From a bacterium (lineage in GTDB: Bacteria; Patescibacteriota; Minisyncoccia; UBA6257; GWB1-50-10), in contig JAKAHD010000002.1 in assembly GCA_021815205.1 (NCBI GenBank), positions 1 to 43,537 on the forward strand: 43,537 nucleotides of DNA, given 5' to 3'. Under the pieces are notes generated by a model, which saw only the letters and a program-made list of their open reading frames with translations, was not told the DNA's origin and searched no databases. This document shows, one piece after another, positions 8,919 through 17,931 of this stretch (its first letter is position 1; each line of letters begins with the position of its first letter). The translations under genes were made by a program, and so were the position numbers.

Positions 8919-9941
8919 CTATTTAGTGAAATAGATAAATTCGAGGATGATAAGAATGAACCATCCCGCCTGGAGCACGAACCAGGCGATGATCTCGATC
9001 CACTCCGCGCGATCCTTCTCGGAGACGCTGAAATTATCCATAAACGTCGCGTATACCTCTTCGATGGATTCGAGCTTCTCCTTAATCGAGGTGCGCCACT
9101 CGTTCAGTTTGAATTTCTTCGCGGCAAGGTCGTAGAAGCGCGCCGAGTACCAGTCGCCGATGAGTTTCAGATCGCGTTCAAGTGATTGGAATGCGGAGAT
9201 GAGTGTGATCCTGTCCTTAATGATATTTTTTACCTCGCTTGCGAGTTCCTTATCACGGAAGAAATGTTTTTTTTCGGGGCGCCGCACGAGCGCGGTGATC
9301 CGCGAGAGGCGTTCATCGAGTTTTCGGTCGAGGATCCGATGCCGCAGAAGTTGAAGGTTCGCGAGCGTGAGGAGCTCGATCGCGAGTCCGAAATCGCCCT
9401 CCGTGTCGAAGAGGAACGCGCCGTCCCAATCCACAATCGAGAGATCGTATTTCGCATATTTGATCTGTGCGGAGATGGTATACTCGATCTCTTTTGGGTC
9501 AAGCGGAAGCTTCTCGGATTTTAGAAGACCCGCGATATCCGCGGCGTGGCTTTTAAGAAATTGTTCCGGATCGCCCGTATACTCCGACACGCGGAAGATG
9601 GAGTAAAGCTCGCTGTACTGCTCGTTTCCTCCCCGCGCCTTGAGCAGTGTGTAACTTTCCGCGTAGCAGAGCCCCTCGAGTTCGGAGATCGTTTTCTGAT
9701 CGAAGATATCCGAAACGTCAAGCGTCGCCTGGATAACGGCGATATCGGGTTCGTATCCTTGGATGGAGAATACGACGTTTTTTCCTTTAATATTTGCCTT
9801 CGCCGTATCGATCGCGACCTGATGCGGCACCGAGGCGGGGAAGTAGTGCGGGCCGCTTTTCTCGGACTTTGATTCCGCCGCCGTGCCGCGCACCGATTTT
9901 CCCACCTCTCCTACGACAAGCGTCGTGAGTTGATTCTTCAT
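8919..9941 (-). CDS. RMD1/DUF155-like protein with C-terminal membrane helix
   Basis: IGDWYSARFY...WRTSIKEKLESIEEVY...EWIEII pattern followed by a hydrophobic tail. Confidence 0.6.
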   Translation of the reverse strand: MKNQLTTLVVGEVGKSVRGTAAESKSEKSGPHYFPASVPHQVAIDTAKANIKGKNVVFSIQGYEPDIAVIQATLDVSDIFDQKTISELEGLCYAESYTLLKARGGNEQYSELYSIFRVSEYTGDPEQFLKSHAADIAGLLKSEKLPLDPKEIEYTISAQIKYAKYDLSIVDWDGAFLFDTEGDFGLAIELLTLANLQLLRHRILDRKLDERLSRITALVRRPEKKHFFRDKELASEVKNIIKDRITLISAFQSLERDLKLIGDWYSARFYDLAAKKFKLNEWRTSIKEKLESIEEVYATFMDNFSVSEKDRAEWIEIIAWFVLQAGWFILIILEFIYFTK

Positions 9942-9965
9942 TTCTCTTATTATACACTGGAGGCA
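9942..9965. promoter_or_regulatory. Bidirectional leaderless-type promoter
   Basis: TATAAT on the minus strand (9949-9954) and TACACT on the plus strand (9953-9958), each 7 nt from a divergent ATG. Confidence 0.55.
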
Positions 9966-11261
9966 ATGTTTGCAAAGAAAAGCGCGGGAACGATCTTACT
10001 CGTTATCATGCTGCTTTCGGCGTGCGCCGCGGTCTTCGACTACGATCCGTTATGGCGCACGATAAGCTCCTTCCGCCCGTGGAACCTGGGGCTCGATCTC
10101 GCGGGAGGGAGCCTTTTGAAGTATCAGATCGATCTTTCGCAGATCCCTTCCGCGGACAAAAACTCCGTGGTCTCGGGCATGCGCGACGTGATCGAAAAAC
10201 GCGTGAACCTCTTCGGTGTAAGCGAGCCGCGGGTCTACACGGAGGCGAGCGGCGACACTTCGCGCCTCGTCGTGGAACTTGCGGGCGTGAAGGATGTGCA
10301 TCAGGCAATCCAGCAGATCGGCGCGACGCCGTATCTCGATTTCCGAACGGTAACGCAGACGGGAACGAGCACGGAGACTTTTACTCCTACGGCATTGAAC
10401 GGGCGGTACGTGCAGGGCGCACAAATCGGATTCAATCAGACGACGCGCGTGCCGGAGATTGATTTTTCGCTGAATACGGAGGGCGCGAAACTTTTTCAAG
10501 AGATTACGAAACGCAACATAGGGAAGCCTCTCTGTATTTTTATTGATAATCAACCGATCATTCCCGATAGCTACATCGACAGTTGTCCCACAGTGCAGTC
10601 GGAGATCCCGGGAGGGAAGGCGGTGATCTCCGGAAACTTCACGCTCCCGCGCGTGCAGCAGATCGTGGAACGTTTCAATGCCGGCGCGCTTCCCGCCCCG
10701 ATCACGCTTATCAATCAGCAGACGATAAGCCCGGATTTCGGGCGGAACGCCCTCGACACCTCGATCTTCGCGGGAATCTTGGGAACGCTTGCGGTAATGC
10801 TCTTTATGATCCTGTATTACCGGAAGCTCGGTTTCTTTGCCGCCGCGGCGCTTTGTATGTATATTGCGCTCACGCTCGCGGTCTTCAAGATCGTACCGGT
10901 CACGATGACGCTTTCGGGGATCGCGGGGTTTATTCTTTCAATCGGCATGGCGGTTGATGCGAACGTGCTCGTCTTTGAGCGCACAAAAGAGGAGTTGAAG
11001 AAGGGTTTGAGCCATGTCGCGGCGATTGAGGAAGGATTCAAGCGGGCATGGACCTCGATCAGGGACTCGAATATCTCGACGATGATCACGGCCGCGGTAC
11101 TCTACTACCTTACCTCGAGTTTTGTGCGCGGGTTCGCCTTGGCGCTCTTTCTCGGGGTCGTGATGAGCATGTTTTCCGCAATCACGATCACCCGCACCAT
11201 GTTGCGCGTCGCGATGAAACGGGATGATAAAAAGCTTGCGGAGGCCGCAGCGCAAAAATAA
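9966..11261 (+). CDS. secD: Protein translocase subunit SecD
   Basis: LGLDLAGG, RVNLFGVSEP, GALPAP, IGMAVDANVLVFER, IRDSN and VRGFA motifs; start at ATG 9966. Confidence 0.97.
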   Translation: MFAKKSAGTILLVIMLLSACAAVFDYDPLWRTISSFRPWNLGLDLAGGSLLKYQIDLSQIPSADKNSVVSGMRDVIEKRVNLFGVSEPRVYTEASGDTSRLVVELAGVKDVHQAIQQIGATPYLDFRTVTQTGTSTETFTPTALNGRYVQGAQIGFNQTTRVPEIDFSLNTEGAKLFQEITKRNIGKPLCIFIDNQPIIPDSYIDSCPTVQSEIPGGKAVISGNFTLPRVQQIVERFNAGALPAPITLINQQTISPDFGRNALDTSIFAGILGTLAVMLFMILYYRKLGFFAAAALCMYIALTLAVFKIVPVTMTLSGIAGFILSIGMAVDANVLVFERTKEELKKGLSHVAAIEEGFKRAWTSIRDSNISTMITAAVLYYLTSSFVRGFALALFLGVVMSMFSAITITRTMLRVAMKRDDKKLAEAAAQK

Positions 11262-11273
11262 AACCACACCGCC

Positions 11274-12182
11274 ATGACAATACGCAATCTTGAGGTCGTC
11301 GGAAAGAGAAAATACTTTTTAGGATTTTCCGGGTTTCTTGTCGCGGTTTCGATCACGCTCGTGATCGTACTAGGATTGAAGCCCGGAATCGATCTCGAGG
11401 GAGGAACAGAGTGGCAGATCGCATTTCAGAAGAGCGGCGTGACGTCGCAGGAGATACGGTCGGTGATTCAAGGGGCGAATATCAGTAACAAAGACGTATT
11501 GGTACAGCAGGAAGGCGACGGGAGTTTCACGGTGCGCGCGCATACCTTGAGTGAAGCGGAGCATCAGATGCTCGTGCACGCGCTTGATCAGAAGATAGGC
11601 ACCGTGAACGAAAAGAACTACTCCTCGATCGGCCCCTCGGTCGGGGCAGAACTCCGCACGAACGCCATCTGGGCGATCGGAGCGGTGCTCTTCGGTATCT
11701 CGCTCTTCATCGCCTACGCGTTCCGGAAGGTCTCCGAGCCCGTGAAGTCATGGAAGTACGGTGTGGTGACGCTCCTCACCCTCGTGCATGACGTGAGCAT
11801 CCCAACAGGGCTCCTCGCGGTTTTGGGCGCGTGGAAGGGGATTGAGATTGATACGAATTTTATCGTAGCTCTCTTGGTGGTTATGGGATTCTCGGTACAC
11901 GACACAATCGTCGTCTTCGACCGCATCCGGGAAAACCTTCTTCTCCAGAGAGGCAAGAAGATAGCACTCGGAGAAGTCATTAACTACAGCATCCGCGAGA
12001 CATTCGCCCGTTCGGTGAACACCTCGTTCACGCTGTTCCTTGTTCTTGTCGCGCTCCTCTTTTTCGGTCCCTCTTCACTTTTTTACTTTGTGCTCACGAT
12101 CCTCGTGGGTACGATATTCGGCACCTACTCCTCGATTTTCGTGGCAAGCCCGCTCCTCTTTATGTGGCAGAAGAAACAGTAG
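11274..12182 (+). CDS. secF: Protein translocase subunit SecF
   Basis: GIDLEGG, IGPSVG, HDV, GFSVHDTIVVFDRIREN, RSVNTS and GTYSSIFVA motifs; follows secD. Confidence 0.97.
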   Translation: MTIRNLEVVGKRKYFLGFSGFLVAVSITLVIVLGLKPGIDLEGGTEWQIAFQKSGVTSQEIRSVIQGANISNKDVLVQQEGDGSFTVRAHTLSEAEHQMLVHALDQKIGTVNEKNYSSIGPSVGAELRTNAIWAIGAVLFGISLFIAYAFRKVSEPVKSWKYGVVTLLTLVHDVSIPTGLLAVLGAWKGIEIDTNFIVALLVVMGFSVHDTIVVFDRIRENLLLQRGKKIALGEVINYSIRETFARSVNTSFTLFLVLVALLFFGPSSLFYFVLTILVGTIFGTYSSIFVASPLLFMWQKKQ

Positions 12183-12312
12183 GAGAAGGGAAAAGGAGAG
12201 GGGGAGGGGTTGACCCTTCATATAACCCTAGTATTTAAATCAAATATAATAGTATTGAGGCAAAACCCAAAACAAGAGCGCCCGTTCGCAGTGCGGAGTG
12301 TTATGTGAGGGG

Positions 12313-12341
12313 TTGACCCAGAAAATAAATTATGTTAGTAT
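12313..12341 (+). promoter_or_regulatory. sigma70-type promoter, probably leaderless
   Basis: TTGACC (12313-18), 17-bp spacer, TAGTAT (12336-41), ATG at 12350. Confidence 0.6.
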
Positions 12342-12349
12342 CGAATCGT

Positions 12350-13372
12350 ATGAAATCAATTGATTTGAACCAGCTTATTGATGATCTTCTTTCGGACTTT
12401 ACCCCAAAACAGCGCCGCGTCGTGATGGGCCGTTTCGGATTGAAGAACGGCGAGCCGATGACGCTCCAGAGTATCGGCGATGAACTGGGGATCACACGCG
12501 AACGCGTTCGCCAGATCGAAGCGCAGGCGACAAAGAAACTTCGTGAGAAAGCGAAGATGTCTTTGGCGGCGCTTCTTGACGAGGCTCACGCACACTTGAA
12601 AGCGGTGGGAGGCGTGCGCCGCGACGATTATTTTATCCAAGATATGCTTTTCGCCCTTAAGGTGGAGCGTGCGGTGAGGTATCCCGGCGAGAAGCTCCGT
12701 TTCCTGATGCGAGTGGGGGGCGCGCCCCATTATTCCAAGGAAGATGATGCAATGTATGCCTATTGGTATCTTGATCAAGATGCGAAGGCGAAGTTCTTGG
12801 ATTTTGTGAAGGAAGTAACCGCGTTCCTGAAGACCGGAAGGAAGCAGGAAGTAATCGACAAAAAATTATATCTCATGCACTGCAAGGATCTTACCTCGTG
12901 CCACCTCGTTTCGATCCCGAAGCATTTCGCGGTGAACGTGTTTGGCGATTTTGGTTTGAAGGCATGGCCCGAGATCGAACCAAAGACGATCCGCGACAAA
13001 ATGTATCTTGTGCTCAAAAAACACGAGAAACCGCTTCATTTCCAGGACATCGCGAGATACATCAGCAAGTACGGGCTCTCGAAAAATACGGCGCATGTGC
13101 AGACGGTGCATAACGAGCTCATCAAGGATACGCGCTTTGTGCTCGTGGGGAGAGGCATCTACGGCCTCCGCGAGAACGGCTTCGAACCGGGAACGGTGCG
13201 CGAAGTGATTGCGCGGCTCCTCGAGACGCACGGGCCGCTCCACTCGACCGAGGTGGTAAACCTCGTAAATCAGCAGCGATTTTTGAAGGAGAACACGATC
13301 CTTTTAAATCTCCAGAACCGCCGCCACTTCACGCGGCTCGAGGACGGGAGGTACAAGATAAAGGAGGCGTAA
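12350..13372 (+). CDS. Sigma-70 region-4 HTH protein with C-terminal winged-HTH (HARE-HTH/RNAP delta-like) domains
   Basis: RFGL...TLQSIGDELGITRERVRQIE; PLHFQDI...QTVHNELIKDTRFVLVGRGIYGL; no sigma region 2. Alternative start 12332. Confidence 0.8.
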   Translation: MKSIDLNQLIDDLLSDFTPKQRRVVMGRFGLKNGEPMTLQSIGDELGITRERVRQIEAQATKKLREKAKMSLAALLDEAHAHLKAVGGVRRDDYFIQDMLFALKVERAVRYPGEKLRFLMRVGGAPHYSKEDDAMYAYWYLDQDAKAKFLDFVKEVTAFLKTGRKQEVIDKKLYLMHCKDLTSCHLVSIPKHFAVNVFGDFGLKAWPEIEPKTIRDKMYLVLKKHEKPLHFQDIARYISKYGLSKNTAHVQTVHNELIKDTRFVLVGRGIYGLRENGFEPGTVREVIARLLETHGPLHSTEVVNLVNQQRFLKENTILLNLQNRRHFTRLEDGRYKIKEA

Positions 13373-13375
13373 GAC

Positions 13376-13450
13376 GGTGATACGATCGAGATGTCATAGT
13401 GATACGATGGAAATACAATCGTATCACTATGGTATCACTACTGTATCACC
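13376..13450. repeat. GTGATAC/GTATCAC repeat hairpin element
   Basis: ggtgatacgat...tagtgatacgat...atcgtatcacta...gtatcacta...gtatcacc; related half-element at 28878-28951. Confidence 0.75.
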
Positions 13451-13521
13451 GTCCTGTATTCGTATTTCACGGCAAGATGCAATACAATGAGAGCTAGAGG
13501 AACATTCTCGGCTTTCCTAGT

Positions 13522-14937
13522 ATGATCGACCATCTCTTCAGGGAAATAGGATCCTTTTTCGAGGAACTCGTGCGGAAGGAAGAGTTCTGGGTGATTCTCT
13601 TTCTCCTGGGGATAGGAGGGACTCTTGCGGCGCCTTCTTTAGGCGGAAGGAGTATAGGTGATGCACTGCGTTATTTTCTCGAACTCACGTGGTGGTTGTG
13701 GGCATTTCTCATCTTGCTCCCGATCTTTAGCGGAACATGGCTCCACTGGCGGCAGGAAAAATATATTGAAGGGATTGAGTGGGTGCTCTTGGAACTCCGC
13801 ATGCCGCGCCACGTGGAAAAAAGTCCGCAGGCGATGGAGCAGGTGTTTGCGGCAATTCATACCTTAAGAAACGCCCCTGCGGACGTGAAGGAAAAATACG
13901 GGGATGGCGAAGTGACGAGGTGGTTCTCGTTCGAGATGGTATCGTTCGGAGGAGAGATCCATTTCTATGTCCGCACCTATGTAGGACTCCGGAATCTCGT
14001 CGAGGCGGCGTTCTTCTCATACTATCCCGATCTTGATATCGTGGAGGTTCAGGACTATATTGACCGGTTTCCCGATACCGTGCACGGGCTGTACGAGAAA
14101 GGGCTTGATATGTGGGGCACGGAGATGATCCTTAAAAAAGAGGAGTATTATCCGATAAAAACATACGCCGATTTTGAGAGTCCGGACGATGAAAAGAAGT
14201 TTGATCCCATCTCCACCTTTCTCGAGGTCTTGGGGAAGATAAACAAAAACGAGTTCGTCGGCATACAAATATTGGCCGCTCCCGCGGCAAGCGAGGAATG
14301 GGATGAGAAGTGGGGGGAAGAGCTTAAGAAATTGAGAGAGCCGGAAGGGAAGAAAAGAAAGTTCGTTTCTCCCGAAGGCGTGACGCAGGAGTATGAATCC
14401 CTCATGATCCGTTCCCCGGGGCAGACCGATGTTTTGAAGGCGGTCGAGAAGAATCTTTCGAAGCCCGCATTCAAGACGATTATTCGTTTCGTGTATTTTT
14501 CTCCCAAGGTGACGTTCTACGATAGTTATCCGAGAAGAGGGCTCGTGGGCGCCTTCAACCAATACGGCGCGCTCGATCTGAACTCGTTCCTGCAGAACTA
14601 TTCGGTAAGTACCCGCGCGAGAATCTGGAACAAGCCGTACCTATTCCCGGGCATCCGCGTTGAGTATCGCAAGGCGCGTCTCCTCATCAACTATCGTACT
14701 CGCATGGTGCCGCCCGAGATGAAGATGGGACGCCTTATCACCTCGTATTTCTTGAACTGGAACACCGTATCGCACCGGTTTATGATGAATACCGAGTGCC
14801 TTGCGTCGCTCTTCCATGTACCGACGATCGTGGTACTTACGGAACCTCACATACGGCACCTCGAGAGCAAGCGCACAGGGCCGCCTGCCGGACTCGCGAT
14901 CTTCGGCGAGGACGAGGAGGTAAAGCCCTACGAATAA
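13522..14937 (+). CDS. Membrane-anchored hypothetical protein, likely partner of the downstream TraD/VirD4-like ATPase
   Basis: N-terminal TM helices; LLELRMPR...AMEQVF...FSFEM...IHFY...YPIKTY...LASLFHVP pattern recalled from CPR proteins adjacent or fused to such ATPases. Confidence 0.65.
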   Translation: MIDHLFREIGSFFEELVRKEEFWVILFLLGIGGTLAAPSLGGRSIGDALRYFLELTWWLWAFLILLPIFSGTWLHWRQEKYIEGIEWVLLELRMPRHVEKSPQAMEQVFAAIHTLRNAPADVKEKYGDGEVTRWFSFEMVSFGGEIHFYVRTYVGLRNLVEAAFFSYYPDLDIVEVQDYIDRFPDTVHGLYEKGLDMWGTEMILKKEEYYPIKTYADFESPDDEKKFDPISTFLEVLGKINKNEFVGIQILAAPAASEEWDEKWGEELKKLREPEGKKRKFVSPEGVTQEYESLMIRSPGQTDVLKAVEKNLSKPAFKTIIRFVYFSPKVTFYDSYPRRGLVGAFNQYGALDLNSFLQNYSVSTRARIWNKPYLFPGIRVEYRKARLLINYRTRMVPPEMKMGRLITSYFLNWNTVSHRFMMNTECLASLFHVPTIVVLTEPHIRHLESKRTGPPAGLAIFGEDEEVKPYE

Positions 14938-14942
14938 AGCCA

Positions 14943-15473
14943 ATGTCTTTCCTTGTAAATCCTTTTGCGAACGCCCTTTCCTCCCTTACATGGGAAGGGT
15001 TCTTTGCTACCGCTCGCATCATTATTATTATCCTGGATGTTGCGCTTTTTCTGGGGATTATCATTCTCATATGGAAAGCGTGGGAGTTCCGTCCGCGGCT
15101 CGAGGAGAATTTCCGAGGCACGGGCGAGGACGAGGAACTTACCTTCGATCATAAAGCGATTCTCAGCCAATGGAAGAAGCTACACAACGACGCGGCAAGC
15201 GCGCCCCCGCATTCCGTAACGCTCGCGGTAATCGCGGCTGATAACTTCGTGGATACGATCTTGAAGGGCATGGGGCTCGAAGGGGATTCCATGGCGGATC
15301 GGCTCCAGAAGTTCGATCCGCGGGAGTACCATACCTTGGAAGGCCTTTGGAAGGCGCACAAAATAAGGAACCAGCTCGTGCACACGCCGGGATTCGAGAT
15401 CTCGGAACGCGAAGGGAGCGAACTGCTCAAGGCGTATGAAGCATTTCTTAAGGAATTGGGAGCACTCGAATAG
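14943..15473 (+). CDS. Hypothetical single-TM protein with a HEPN-like RxxxxH motif
   Basis: Start at ATG 14943; LAVIAAD...G.SMADRL...WKAHKIRNQLVH. Confidence 0.7.
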   Translation: MSFLVNPFANALSSLTWEGFFATARIIIIILDVALFLGIIILIWKAWEFRPRLEENFRGTGEDEELTFDHKAILSQWKKLHNDAASAPPHSVTLAVIAADNFVDTILKGMGLEGDSMADRLQKFDPREYHTLEGLWKAHKIRNQLVHTPGFEISEREGSELLKAYEAFLKELGALE

Positions 15474-15479
15474 TTAACG

Positions 15480-15590
15480 AATTTTTAATTTACAATTTAC
15501 AATTCGAAATCAATTTTTAATGATATAAATTCGAAAGTAATAAACTCGTTTCGCCGTAATTGAAAATTTAAAATTTCAAATTAAAAATTA
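15480..15590. repeat. AT-rich heptamer hairpin element
   Basis: aatttttaatttacaatttacaatt ... aattgaaaatttaaaatttcaaattaaaaatt inverted arms with 7-nt periodicity; similar element at 17048-17130. Confidence 0.75.
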
Positions 15591-15599
15591 TCACCTACT

Positions 15600-17045
15600 A
15601 TGGCTCGCGAATCAAAACTGCAAATCATCAAGTACGCGCCTCCACCGCCGGAGCTGCCGATCTATGGGAAGATTGACCCGAAGGATGTCTCATTTATCGG
15701 GAGAACGAACTACGTCGCGGCGCTCGAACGGAAGAACTTCATCTTCGGCATCAAGCGCGTCGATCGGAAGCGACATGTGTACATCATCGGGAAGAGCGGC
15801 GTCGGGAAATCAAAGCTTCTCGAGATATTTACGCGGCAGGATATCGCCTATGGCCACGGCCTATGCCTCATCGACCCGCACGGCGATACGATCGAGGATA
15901 TCCTGCCTTTTATTCCCGAGCATCGCATTGATGATGTGTGCCTCATCGACCCCTCGGATATCGATTATCCCGTCTCCTTCAACCCGCTCGCGAACATTGA
16001 CCCCTCGTTTAAGCATCAGCTTACCCAAGGGCTCATCGAAGTTATGGAAAAACAGTTCGGCGCGAACTGGACGCCGCGCTTAGAACACGTATTCCGCTTT
16101 ACCTGCCTTGCACTCCTCGATTATCCGCATGCGACGATGCGCGGCATGATCTCGATGCTCACGGACCGTAACTATCGCCAGAAGGTAGTCGAATATATAG
16201 AAGACGATATGGTGAAGCGTTTCTGGGCAATCGAGTTCGCGGACTGGTCGGAGAAGTTTGATACCGAGGCAATTATCCCGCTCGTGAACAAGCTTGGGCA
16301 GTTTCTCTCGGATCCCATGCTTAGGAACATCTTCGGGCAGAAAGAGAACAAGGTGAAGCTTGAAGAACTGATGCAGGAGAAGAAGATTATTTTGATCAAT
16401 CTCTCGAAGGGAAAAATCGGGGAGGAGAACTCGAGCTTCTTCGGCTCGATGTTCATCACGAAAATCAAGCAGGCGGGCATGGCGCGGGCCGCGCTCCCAA
16501 GCTCCGAACGCCACGACTACTATGTGTACGTGGACGAGTTTCAGAACCTCGTGACGGACACATTTGAGAATCTCTTATCCGAATCCCGCAAGTACGCCCT
16601 ATGTCTTACGATTGCGCACCAGTACGTGGGGCAGCTCTTGCCTAAGGTGCAGGCGGCCGTCCTCGGGAATACGGGCACCATCATCATCTTTCGCGTGGGA
16701 GGCGAGGACGCGGTGAAGCTGAAGCCGGAGATGGCGCCCATCTTCGATATCAAGGATATGATCAACCTCGGCATGGGGCAGATCTACATCAAGATGACGA
16801 TCGACGGAGAGACCTACGATCCGTTTTCCGCGGAAACTCTGAAGGTGTTGCCGCCCACACACCCCTCCTTCAAAGAGGAGATTATCAAACGTTCCCGCGA
16901 AAAATACTCGATCTCTGCCGATGCCGCAAAGCGGCTCATCGCCGAAGAGGAAGAAGGGATATTCCGTAGCGCGCAGGAAAAAGCGGCAATCACAAGCAAG
17001 CCACAAACCGCCGCGCAAAACGACACGCCGGAGCCGCTCATCTGA
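15600..17045 (+). CDS. TraD/VirD4/HerA-like P-loop ATPase (type IV coupling-protein-like), paralog 1
   Basis: RHVYIIGKSGVGKS (Walker A), IDPHG, YVDEFQN (Walker B), SESRKY and AHQY. Confidence 0.88.
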   Translation: MARESKLQIIKYAPPPPELPIYGKIDPKDVSFIGRTNYVAALERKNFIFGIKRVDRKRHVYIIGKSGVGKSKLLEIFTRQDIAYGHGLCLIDPHGDTIEDILPFIPEHRIDDVCLIDPSDIDYPVSFNPLANIDPSFKHQLTQGLIEVMEKQFGANWTPRLEHVFRFTCLALLDYPHATMRGMISMLTDRNYRQKVVEYIEDDMVKRFWAIEFADWSEKFDTEAIIPLVNKLGQFLSDPMLRNIFGQKENKVKLEELMQEKKIILINLSKGKIGEENSSFFGSMFITKIKQAGMARAALPSSERHDYYVYVDEFQNLVTDTFENLLSESRKYALCLTIAHQYVGQLLPKVQAAVLGNTGTIIIFRVGGEDAVKLKPEMAPIFDIKDMINLGMGQIYIKMTIDGETYDPFSAETLKVLPPTHPSFKEEIIKRSREKYSISADAAKRLIAEEEEGIFRSAQEKAAITSKPQTAAQNDTPEPLI

Positions 17046-17162
17046 CGAATTCTGAATTTTAAGTTTCAAATTTCAAATAAATTTTAATTTACTTAATTTT
17101 AAAATCATTCAATTAAAATTTATAATTTTTGAGAAAGGTCGCTAGTTTAAAAAGTAAGTTAT

Positions 17163-17468
17163 ATGATTCTCATCTATACCACATGTAAAAACGAAGAAGA
17201 GGGGAAAAAGCTCGCGAAGCTCATCATCGAACATCACATTGCGTCGTGCGTGAATATGTGGCCGATCGGATCAACCTATCGGTGGGAAGGAGAGATAAAG
17301 GAAGATCAGGAGTTCGCATTGCTTATAAAGACGCTCGAATCGAAACTCCAGCCCATTGAAGACCTCATTTCACGGAACCACTCCTACTCAACGCCCTTTA
17401 TTGGGGCGATAGAGGTAAAACGCATCAATCACGCGTACCGGGAGTGGATGTCAGGAGTAGTACGGTAG
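17163..17468 (+). CDS. cutA: Divalent-cation tolerance protein CutA
   Basis: ASCVN, STYRWEG, LLIKT, HSYSTP and YREW motifs; 101 aa. Confidence 0.92.
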   Translation: MILIYTTCKNEEEGKKLAKLIIEHHIASCVNMWPIGSTYRWEGEIKEDQEFALLIKTLESKLQPIEDLISRNHSYSTPFIGAIEVKRINHAYREWMSGVVR

Positions 17469-17496
17469 TTGCATTTTTTCAAAGTTATGATATAAT
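17469..17496 (+). promoter_or_regulatory. sigma70 promoter with extended -10
   Basis: TTGCAT, 16 bp, TATAAT, with TG one base upstream of the -10. Confidence 0.6.
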
Positions 17497-17595
17497 AAAG
17501 GGTAGTGAACCCTTTTTGACTTGCGCGCTCGGCAATAGAAAAAGAGAAGGCATGGTTTTTTCTATCGTACTCGCCGCGCGATATCAATAAAGACG

Positions 17596-17781
17596 ATGCC
17601 ATTCTGGGGAACGGTCATTGTAATGGTAGTTCTCATATACATGATCTACTCGATCGTGAAGGGTTTTTTGCTCACCCAAAAATGCAAGAATATTTTGAAG
17701 CGTCGGAGGATGCTTATGGGATTCAAGGAGGAAAACCATAAGAACAAAGACTCGGAGAGCGGCGATTCGGGAGGGTTATAA
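17596..17781 (+). CDS. Small single-TM hypothetical protein
   Basis: 61 aa, hydrophobic N-terminal helix and charged tail; lies between a promoter and a terminator-like hairpin (17826-17853). Confidence 0.5.
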   Translation: MPFWGTVIVMVVLIYMIYSIVKGFLLTQKCKNILKRRRMLMGFKEENHKNKDSESGDSGGL

Positions 17782-17931
17782 CGGATTACCGCTGATTGCG
17801 AGCTGATTTTCGCTGATGTAATGAGGAAGGGGGATGCCCTTTTTTATTTTTTTTATCTATTTTATCCACAATACCCGCTAATTGCTCGTTACCAATTACT
17901 GAATTACCTGTTTTGCGCTATACTTATTTCT

